This document shows, piece by piece, positions 56,414 through 64,000 of a stretch of DNA of 64,000 bases. Numbering within the stretch: position 1 is the first letter of the stretch; each line of letters begins with the position of its first letter. Both the position numbers and the translations under genes were made by a program. The notes beneath the pieces are model-generated. The model searched no databases, was not told where the DNA came from, and was given only the letters and a program-made list of their open reading frames with translations. The DNA is from an uncultured delta proteobacterium (GTDB taxonomy: Bacteria; Desulfobacterota; WTBG01; CAIYCZ01; CAIRTM01). Location: the NCBI GenBank assembly GCA_963804955.1, contig CAWDSQ010000020.1, forward strand, positions 160,001 through 224,000. Direction: 5' to 3'.

Positions 56414-57210
56414 TGGCTTTGGTCCTCCTCTGGCCCTGCTGCCGGTCCTGCAGCAGTGCACTGCTCTGCTGCATCGTTTACAAATTCATCGCCGGGAGCA
56501 ATAACGTCGTCAGGCACTGTTTCACCGGTCTCTTCGGCTACGGACAGCGCGGCACGCAGCAGCTCTTCATCGGTTGCCGTCTGCGACTCGACAGGGGCAT
56601 CGCCGTCAGCATCATCTTCCAAAGGAAATTCCTCACCGATTTTTTCTCGCAAAAGCGACGGCAGCTGCCCGTCGTCAAGGCTTTCAAATTCTTTGAGCGA
56701 CGGCATATCAGCAAGCTTCTCAAGTCCGAACACTTCAAGAAAGCGGCTGGATGTGCCCAGCAGAAAAGGTCTGCCGGCAATATTTTTACGTCCGACAATT
56801 TTTATGAGGCCGCGTTCGAGCAGCGACTTGATGACGCCGCCGCTGTCAACGCCCCTGATCTTTTCGACTTCAGCCCTGATAACAGGCTGGCGATAGGCAA
56901 TAATGGCAAGAGTTTCAAGCGTCGGCTGCGTCAGGCGAAAGGGCTTGGCCTGCTTGAGCTTTTTTACCCATGCGGCGTAATTGGGTCGAGTTCTAAACTG
57001 GTAGCCGCCGGCAATCTCCTGCAGAAAAAAGCCGCGTCGCTGAATTTTATTCTCCTGGTTGATATCGTCTATGGCCTCTCTGATCTGCTTGAGAGTGCTG
57101 GCATCGCCTCCGTCCTCGTCCAGAAACTGCTTGATTTTCTGGATGCTTAAAGGGGTATCAGAGGCAAAAATCAGAGCATCAATAATGGGCATCAATTCAT
57201 CTCGCGTCAT
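56410..57210 (-). CDS. scpB: SMC-Scp complex subunit ScpB
   Basis: ETLAIIAYRQP, IRGV, GRP, FL..FGL..L..P; acidic tail. Confidence 0.97.
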   Translation of the reverse strand: MTRDELMPIIDALIFASDTPLSIQKIKQFLDEDGGDASTLKQIREAIDDINQENKIQRRGFFLQEIAGGYQFRTRPNYAAWVKKLKQAKPFRLTQPTLETLAIIAYRQPVIRAEVEKIRGVDSGGVIKSLLERGLIKIVGRKNIAGRPFLLGTSSRFLEVFGLEKLADMPSLKEFESLDDGQLPSLLREKIGEEFPLEDDADGDAPVESQTATDEELLRAALSVAEETGETVPDDVIAPGDEFVNDAAEQCTAAGPAAGPEEDQSQ

Positions 57211-57220
57211 AGCTTTGTCG

Positions 57221-57985
57221 TTACTCCTGTATCTGTTCTTCTAAAGGCGGCTCCACCGGCATTTCGTCATCGGTCACCGCATACACGTACAAGGTGCTGA
57301 AATTGACGTTCTGGTACACTTTCAGCGCCTGCATCTTGATGAGCTCAAGAATGGCCAGAAAAGTAGTTATAACTTCAAGTCTGTCAGGTGCTGTATCAAA
57401 CAGGGCCGCAAACTCAATGCCGCCGGTCAGGCCTTCAAGCCGCAGGAGAATCTGGTTGATCCTGTCCTTTACCGACATATGCTCCATGGTGAGAGCCATT
57501 ACATCGTCTTTAGCGCCCGTGCGTTCAATGACTTTTTTAAGGGCCTCAAGCAGGTCAAAAATGCTTGCCTCTCTGAATGCCGGGGCATCATCTACGGTGG
57601 GCTCAATAATGCAGGCGCGGGTAAAAACATCTTTTTCCAAAATATTCTGGTCGCGAAGGTGCTGTGCCGCGTCTTTATACTGCTGGTATTCAAGCAACTG
57701 GCGCTTAAGGTCTTCCAGCGTGTTCAGTGCCTCCTCGGAATCAGCATCATCATCGCAGGCCGGCAGCAGCGCACGGGATTTAAGATACAGCAGCGTGGCA
57801 GCCATCACCAGGAACTCGCCGGCAATATCAAGGTTGAGAGCCTTCATCAGCTCGAGGTACTCCATGTACTGCGAAGTTATGGTGACAATAGAAATCTTCT
57901 CGATATCTATTTCATTCTTGCGCACGAGGTAGAGCAGCAGATCAAGCGGCCCTTCAAAATTTTCAAGCTTTACATTGTAGTCCAT
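57221..57985 (-). CDS. scpA: Segregation/condensation protein ScpA
   Basis: FEGPLDLLL, FLVMAATL..KSR.LLP, FLAILEL. Confidence 0.97.
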   Translation of the reverse strand: MDYNVKLENFEGPLDLLLYLVRKNEIDIEKISIVTITSQYMEYLELMKALNLDIAGEFLVMAATLLYLKSRALLPACDDDADSEEALNTLEDLKRQLLEYQQYKDAAQHLRDQNILEKDVFTRACIIEPTVDDAPAFREASIFDLLEALKKVIERTGAKDDVMALTMEHMSVKDRINQILLRLEGLTGGIEFAALFDTAPDRLEVITTFLAILELIKMQALKVYQNVNFSTLYVYAVTDDEMPVEPPLEEQIQE

Positions 57986-57991
57986 ACTCTT

Positions 57992-58633
57992 TCACACATT
58001 GACGATTGTCTGCAGAATTTCCCGCAGAAAAATCATTATCAACCGGCTGGCAGGCATCATAACGGCATTGATGACGCCGGTCATTAAAAGCAGTATCAGT
58101 AGTATAAAACCGTAGGGGAAAAGCTTTTTATACGCCTCAGCCAGAGCGGCCGGCAGCATATGATACAGAACCCAGGAACCGTCAAGGGGGGGTATGGGCA
58201 TAAGGTTAAAAACTGCAAGAACCACATTGATCTGAATTCCGAATTTGAGCATAATAACCATGGCATCATTTGTTGATGCCGGAAATATATTCATATAAAC
58301 GCCGTAGAGGACTGTGCAGAGCACGGCCAGGGCTAGATTGGTGGCAATGCCGGCAAGGGATACGAGCAGGTCATCGCGCCGTGGATTGCGAAAATTGTGC
58401 GGGTTAACGGGCACCGGCTTTGCCCAGCCGATAAGTATCGGTGCGCTGGTGATGAGCAGCAGAGCGGGAAATATAATCGTGCCGAACATGTCGATATGCG
58501 GAATCGGGTTAAATGTGAGCCTGCCCTGGTATTTTGCCGTATTGTCGCCGCAGAGATAGGCAATATAGCCGTGCGCTACCTCATGGGCAATTACTGAAAA
58601 TAGAAGCACGGGAATCATTAAGAGCATTTCCAT
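57992..58633 (-). CDS. Site-2 protease (M50) family protein
   Basis: HEVAH, GWAKPVP, FNLMPIPPLDG. Confidence 0.95.
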   Translation of the reverse strand: MEMLLMIPVLLFSVIAHEVAHGYIAYLCGDNTAKYQGRLTFNPIPHIDMFGTIIFPALLLITSAPILIGWAKPVPVNPHNFRNPRRDDLLVSLAGIATNLALAVLCTVLYGVYMNIFPASTNDAMVIMLKFGIQINVVLAVFNLMPIPPLDGSWVLYHMLPAALAEAYKKLFPYGFILLILLLMTGVINAVMMPASRLIMIFLREILQTIVNV

Positions 58634-58667
58634 AACGTGTATAAAACCTCTACTCTTGAAATACTGG

Positions 58668-59273
58668 TCAGATACCTGACAGCTTAACGCCTGCGGCAAA
58701 TGCCGCCTGCAGATCAGCCGGTTTATCTTTAACGGCCGCGCGTTCAAGATTGCCAGCGCTGAAAACCTCAGCAACCTTTTTAAGCTGAAAGTCCCGTGCA
58801 TTTGAGTCAAGCGCCCGGAATATGAGCGCCGACTGCGTAAAGCTGAAATCGCCCTGGCTGACAACTATGACCGCCCGCTTCCCTTTGATGGCTGTTGTGG
58901 AATGCGCGTCGATGATTGCTCCGGAGCTGTCCCTGACAATCTCCATTTTAATGAGGGGCTGCATGCGGCAGAAGAGATTCACAAGCCCTGCCGACATGGA
59001 GTGCACATGATTGGGCGTGCCGAAAATAAAGCCGTCGGCCTGCGTCATGCGCTCGAGAATACCGGCCATGTCGTCCTTAAGCGGGCACGCCTGGGAGCCT
59101 TTAAAAGCAGTACAGGCAAGGCATCCTGTGCAGCTTTTAATATTTGCTTCATAAAGATAAACTTTTTCCACGGAAGCGCAGGCCCTGCTGCAGGCGCCTT
59201 CGATAACTTTATCTATAAGGCAGTCAACATTTGACCCTTTGCGTGGACTGCCGACAAATGCCATGATTTTCAT
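58668..59273 (-). CDS. Iron-sulfur flavoprotein / multimeric flavodoxin family
   Basis: GSPRK..N, CTGCLAC-x8-C, DDM, FGTP. Confidence 0.9.
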   Translation of the reverse strand: MKIMAFVGSPRKGSNVDCLIDKVIEGACSRACASVEKVYLYEANIKSCTGCLACTAFKGSQACPLKDDMAGILERMTQADGFIFGTPNHVHSMSAGLVNLFCRMQPLIKMEIVRDSSGAIIDAHSTTAIKGKRAVIVVSQGDFSFTQSALIFRALDSNARDFQLKKVAEVFSAGNLERAAVKDKPADLQAAFAAGVKLSGI

Positions 59274-59295
59274 ATGCTGAACCTTTGAAAATTTT

Positions 59296-61944
59296 TCAGC
59301 CGGGCTTCGTGGCCGGGCGGGGTAACTCGTGAACAAACTTTTTTCTGATAAACCGTAGCTCTTCCTCGCGTCCCGCAACTTTTCCGTTGAGTGCCGCTTC
59401 AAGCAGGCTGTCCAGTATCTTCGTATATATCCTGCCCGGTGGAATGCCCAGCTTTATGAGGTCATTGCCCGTGATATGCAGCTTCACGCCCCTGAGCTGG
59501 GTAAAGAACAGCGAAAAAAACCTTTTGGTCGATGGCCGCGTTGTCTTGGCCATCAGGTACAGGCAAACTTCCAGGGGTACAGCGTTCAGCAAGCCGTATA
59601 TTTCGGCATGTGAAGGCTGCCGTTTCTGTGCTAAACGGTACAGAATATCATTGCCGGTTGTCTTGGCGGTGATAATGGCATCTCTGTACTTTTTGCTTAT
59701 GTCGAAGTACCGGCAGACGGCTTCACTGTCAACGGGCTTCACCCGGTCAAGCAAGCCAAGTAGAAAAACAAACCATTTTTCAGCAGTATTGTCAAGATAA
59801 AGAAGGTCATACCATGACAGTACGTCGCTGATATTTTTAAAAAGCTGCCGTATGGGAGCATCAAATACAATGTCGGCATGAATATATTTCAAAACACCAA
59901 GCTCGTGCATGCGGCGCACCATGTGCAATGCTTTTTCCTCGCTCAGCAAAAGCGTCAGTTCCGTAAACATTCGCTTGCCGCTCAGGCTTTTTAGAAAGTC
60001 CATTTTAACGGCATTATCTATAAGACTTCGGCTGAGCTTGCTCAGATGGAAGTCAAAGCGCTGCTCGAACCTGATGGCGCGGAAGATGCGTGAAGGGTCC
60101 TCGACAAAGCTCAGGTTATGCAGGACTCTGATCGATCGTTCTTTGAGATCGCGGCGCGCGCCAAAAAAATCTATAAAATCACCGAAAACGCGAGGGTTGA
60201 GCCGGATGGCCAGTGTATTAATCGTGAAATCGCGACGGTACAGGTCAAGCTTGATGGAACTCCACTCAACCTTGGGAAGAGCTGCAGGCTTTTCATAATA
60301 CTCCAGCCGGGCCGACGCCACATCCAGTTTTTCTTTGTTTTTCAAATAGATGACAGCTGTTCCAAACTTTTTGAAAACTTTTACGCGTGTGCCATGCTCG
60401 GCTGCAAAAGCACGGGCAAACTGTATGCCATCGCCCTCGATGACAATATCGACATCAAGATTTTCGACATGCAGAAAGATATCCCTGACGAAACCTCCAA
60501 CGGCATAGGCATGATAGCCCATAGTGTCGGCGCAGCGCCCAACGTCGCGCAACAGTTGCAGAAGATGCCGCGGCAGCCGTTCAACCAGCATACTCTTGAC
60601 TGAGGTTTTTCTTGCAGCGGCCTGCCGAATCTCAAACTCGCCGCTTTCATCATGCTGATCGACATGCAGTACTCTCAGCAGGTCAGTGCGCGTTATAGCG
60701 CCTTTGATCTTTCCTCTATCAACTACCGGCAGGAACCGCTGATTTCCGTGAATGATATGCTGCTTGATCTCATTAATGGGCGTTGTTCCTCTAACGGTGG
60801 CGAATTCAGAAGTCATATATTCACCCACGGGCACTCCCTTGAGCCCGTGATGCCGGGCTTTATCTAAAATCTGCCGTGAAATAAGCCCCACGATCCGCCC
60901 TCTGTCGGTCACGGGAACCACGTTGATATTGTAGCGTGTCAGTAGACTGGTGGCCGTATCAAGAGTTTCGCTCAGTTCAATGGTTTTTACCGGGGATACC
61001 ATGAAATCGCGGGCGATTTTTACGGGCCGGATGTACTGCTGAATAACGCTGATCAGCTTCTGTTCGACCTGCGTGAGAGTCATGTCATGCACGGTGGCTG
61101 ATGCGGCTGTGGCATGTCCTCCGCCGCCGAAAACGGCAAGCACCTCGGCAGCATTCACCTCCTGTATGCGGCTGCGGCCTACGATATAAATACGGTCATC
61201 CATATTGGCAAGGGCAAATAGAACATTAACGTTTTCCATGTTCTTGAGCTTATGCACCAGCACAGCAAAATCACCCACATACCCGGAAGACTGGGCCCGG
61301 GTAATCATCACGTCAACACCTTTGAAGCTGTGCACAGAGGCGTTTTCAATAAGGTCATTGAGCACTGATACCTGGTCTGCGGTCAGATCCTTGATCACCA
61401 TATCGGCAACGATATTGAGATTTGCGCCCTGTGACAGCAGATAGGCTGCCGCTTTAAAATCCTCCTGCGTTGTTGAGCTGAAGGTCAGGCTGCCCGTATC
61501 TTCGTAAATGCCGAGCATCATGACTGTTGCCTCATCAGGCGTAATGTCAATCTGCCGTTCCTGCAGAATCATACACATAATGGTCGTGGTTGCACCATAG
61601 GGGAGCACCACCTCAAGGGAGCCTTTTACATCGTCCGTCGCCGGAGGGTGATGGTCGTAGATATGGATATCGACCCCCTCCCTGCTGCACAGGGGCGTAA
61701 ATTTGCCTAAACGGCTTGCCTGCCGTATATCTACAAGTATAAGCCGGGTTACCTTCTCAAGGGATATCCTGCTGGCTTTTTCAATATCCAGCATGTACAT
61801 GGCGGAATTGACGAGAAAATTACGAATGGTTTTTTCCTGACCGCCGGGAAACGCCAGTACCGCCTCCGGGTAGAGCTTCCTGGCGGCAATCATCGACCCG
61901 AGAGCGTCAAAATCGGCGTTGATATGAGTTGTAATTATTTCCAT
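59296..61944 (-). CDS. DHH-DHHA1-CBS-nucleotidyltransferase (probable A-adding tRNA nucleotidyltransferase)
   Basis: H.NADFD, DHH, EDTG, GGGH, CBS pair, VGG.VRD, DVD, DLYRRDFTIN, EDPSRIFR. Confidence 0.92.
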   Translation of the reverse strand: MEIITTHINADFDALGSMIAARKLYPEAVLAFPGGQEKTIRNFLVNSAMYMLDIEKASRISLEKVTRLILVDIRQASRLGKFTPLCSREGVDIHIYDHHPPATDDVKGSLEVVLPYGATTTIMCMILQERQIDITPDEATVMMLGIYEDTGSLTFSSTTQEDFKAAAYLLSQGANLNIVADMVIKDLTADQVSVLNDLIENASVHSFKGVDVMITRAQSSGYVGDFAVLVHKLKNMENVNVLFALANMDDRIYIVGRSRIQEVNAAEVLAVFGGGGHATAASATVHDMTLTQVEQKLISVIQQYIRPVKIARDFMVSPVKTIELSETLDTATSLLTRYNINVVPVTDRGRIVGLISRQILDKARHHGLKGVPVGEYMTSEFATVRGTTPINEIKQHIIHGNQRFLPVVDRGKIKGAITRTDLLRVLHVDQHDESGEFEIRQAAARKTSVKSMLVERLPRHLLQLLRDVGRCADTMGYHAYAVGGFVRDIFLHVENLDVDIVIEGDGIQFARAFAAEHGTRVKVFKKFGTAVIYLKNKEKLDVASARLEYYEKPAALPKVEWSSIKLDLYRRDFTINTLAIRLNPRVFGDFIDFFGARRDLKERSIRVLHNLSFVEDPSRIFRAIRFEQRFDFHLSKLSRSLIDNAVKMDFLKSLSGKRMFTELTLLLSEEKALHMVRRMHELGVLKYIHADIVFDAPIRQLFKNISDVLSWYDLLYLDNTAEKWFVFLLGLLDRVKPVDSEAVCRYFDISKKYRDAIITAKTTGNDILYRLAQKRQPSHAEIYGLLNAVPLEVCLYLMAKTTRPSTKRFFSLFFTQLRGVKLHITGNDLIKLGIPPGRIYTKILDSLLEAALNGKVAGREEELRFIRKKFVHELPRPATKPG

Positions 61945-61969
61945 GCCATCTCGTTTTTTCGTGTTCCGT

Positions 61970-62875
61970 TCAACCCCGCGGATGATAGGTATCATGAATT
62001 TTTTTCAAGGTAGTATTTGCAACATGCGTATATATCTGTGTAGTGTCTATATCGGCATGCCCCAGCATAACCTGCACGGAACGCAGGTCGGCGCCGCCTT
62101 CAAGAATATGGGTGGCAAAGGAATGGCGCAGCGTATGGGGGGATATCTTTTTTGCGATACCCGCGCACTGGCAGTATTTTTTTATCAGCTTCCAGAATCC
62201 CTGCCGGCTCATAGGCGTGCCCTCTCGGTTGACAAAAACAGAGGAGTTGACGCTGCGCTTTATCAAAACAGGTCGCACCTGCGTCAGGTAGCTGCGCAGC
62301 CAGTGGATGGCCACCTCACCCAGCGGCACGACTCGCTGCTTTGAACCCTTGCCCATGACGATCACAAAACCGGTGTCAAAATTAAGATTGTCCATCCTGA
62401 GTCCGATAAGCTCCGACACGCGGAGCCCCGTTGCATACAGCACTTCAAAAAATGCCCGGTCACGCAGGCCCAGGGGCGAATCAGTATCAGGAGCTTTGAT
62501 AAGAGCTTCGACTTCTTCGCGTGTCATAACCACAGGCAGTCTCTTTTCAAGGTGCGGCGTTAAAACATCCTGAAAGGGATTTTGTTTTAAAACTCCTTCG
62601 ATGACCAGATAGTTATAAAAAGTTTTAATGCTCGAAAGCATCCGTGCAAGAGACCGTGCCGAAAGCCCGTGTGCCTGCTGAAGGCTTAGAAAACGGGTAA
62701 TATCTGATCGCGTGCACAGCTTGAGCTGCAGCGCATTCCCCTGACCGATACATGCGAGATACCGGTCAAGATCACGGGCATAGGATTCTACCGTATTGGG
62801 GGCTAGCCTGCGCTCTGCAACCATATAGTTATAGAACCCGTCAAGGAGCAGTTGATTTGATGCGCTGTTTTTCAT
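61970..62875 (-). CDS. xerD: Chromosomal tyrosine recombinase XerD
   Basis: YATGLRVSEL, GKGSKQR, SPHTLRHSFATH, LGHADI.TTQIYTHV, HPRG. Confidence 0.95.
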   Translation of the reverse strand: MKNSASNQLLLDGFYNYMVAERRLAPNTVESYARDLDRYLACIGQGNALQLKLCTRSDITRFLSLQQAHGLSARSLARMLSSIKTFYNYLVIEGVLKQNPFQDVLTPHLEKRLPVVMTREEVEALIKAPDTDSPLGLRDRAFFEVLYATGLRVSELIGLRMDNLNFDTGFVIVMGKGSKQRVVPLGEVAIHWLRSYLTQVRPVLIKRSVNSSVFVNREGTPMSRQGFWKLIKKYCQCAGIAKKISPHTLRHSFATHILEGGADLRSVQVMLGHADIDTTQIYTHVANTTLKKIHDTYHPRG

Positions 62876-63811
62876 AGCAGTTCCCTGGCTTTGATCAGCT
62901 GGGTTATGGTCCAGTTATAGGGCATATCGATGGAGAGCTCGGCCCCCATGGCCACCACTGCACCGTTGAGCGAGTCGATTTCTGTTTTTTTGCCCCGGCG
63001 CATGTCCTGCAGCATGGATGGATGGTGCTCGAATGTGCGGGGTATGAGTATGTCAAAAAGCTCCCGGCAATAGTCATCTGGCTTTTCCCAGCCAAGAACA
63101 ACATTCCTGGCCGAAGCAACAGTAAAAATCTCTTCAACGATATGCGTCATAATCTCTTTTGTGCTATCACTGTCAAGAAGCCTGCCGTAATGCACATTCA
63201 TGATGGTTGCAAGGGCGTTAAGGGCGCAGTTATACAGCACTTTGCCCCAGATATACCGCTCAATGTCGGGAACTGCATCCACCGGTATGCCCGCTGCAGT
63301 CATTGCCTGCGCAAGCCGGGCGACGAAGGCCTGATCGATGCCGCCCGGAAGACCGCCAAGCTTGGTAGCGTCGGCAGCAACCGTCACCGTTACATGGCCC
63401 TGGTTCGACAAACTCTACGCCGAATATCATTCGGCCGCCGATGGTCTTCTCTTTTCCGATACACCCGGCAATCTTTTCCACATTGCCGAGGCCGTTTTGC
63501 AGCGACACGACAGGCGGGGGATCAGGGAAAACCCTCACCAGTTCACTCAGGGCCGAATCTGTGTCATAGGACTTTACCGACAGCAGAACAGCATCAAAAA
63601 AACACTGTTCAGGAATATCGGCAAGGGCTGTATAGACGCTCATAGAGCCAACCCTTCGCTCCCCCCAGATACCGTCGATTAAAAGCCCCTTTTCATGTAT
63701 TGCATCGGCATGAGCCCTGCGGGCTGTCATAACAACCCTGTGACCGGCATCAGCAAGAAAACCGCCGAACACCGAGCCCATAGCTCCTGCTCCTACAACC
63801 AGTACATTCAC
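62872..63811 (-). CDS. panE: 2-dehydropantoate 2-reductase, split by one extra base
   Basis: GAGAMG, VKSY, LQNG, W.K..YN..LN, SMLQD, TEID..NG; joins by removing one base at 63397-63400. Confidence 0.9.
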
Positions 63812-63931
63812 AAAAAAAATCCTTTCATGGCGATGTCAACTCTTGCGTACAGGCAAGGCACAGGGTACACTAGCGGCACTTAAGATTATACTCTTTTTAT
63901 GCACTCAGTATACCAGAAATATTAGATTTTC

Positions 63932-64000
63932 ATGGCAGCTCCTTTTCTATTGCTGGTAAATCCCTGGATTTACGACTTTGCCGCCTATGACCTGTGGATA
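63932..64000 (+). CDS. 5' end of a probable B12-binding radical SAM gene (partial)
   Basis: MAAPFLLLVNPWIYDFAAYDLWI; the LLVNPWIxDFAAYDxW start is characteristic of one cobalamin radical SAM subfamily. Confidence 0.65.
   Translation, partial: MAAPFLLLVNPWIYDFAAYDLWI

Noticed and set aside
61970..62875. Tyrosine recombinase as a mobile-element integrase
   Set aside because: Typical XerD sequence embedded in a housekeeping operon

Overview
A chromosomal window from what looks like a deltaproteobacterial (Desulfobacterota-like) genome, inferred from gene content and order. 1-36.9 kb is mostly core: eno, ligA, a REC-GGDEF diguanylate cyclase, DUF362, lptD, folC, trxA, a thiolase, ftsB-pilMNOPQ plus two extra surface genes, aroCBQ, der/rnc, pilT/pilU, yihY, yhaM, GNAT-recN-nadK, two nucleotide-sugar enzymes and tRNA-Pro(CGG). 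About 37-54 kb is a patchwork of accessory genes with no integrase: an octaheme-HEAT-TPR protein, an LRR remnant, a matrixin-type protease pair with a C-terminal CFI-box-like tail, a PilZ protein, a primase-helicase fusion with a degenerate primase site, and a cluster of two LuxR regulators, a CBM48 protein, a B12 radical SAM enzyme and a GT4 fusion. 54-64 kb is core again: degP, rluB-scpB-scpA-S2P-Isf-CBS nucleotidyltransferase-xerD-panE. Caveat: seven genes are split by about 12 frameshifts, each repaired by removing one base, which points to insertion-type sequencing error rather than biology. Best candidates for something new: the stand-alone primase-dead primase-helicase, the lipoprotein plus beta-propeller adhesin module inside the pil-aro operon, and the complementary-degenerate regulator pair with its glyco/radical SAM cluster. 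No CRISPR array, rRNA or transposase was seen. All family calls come from motif recognition by eye, not database searches.
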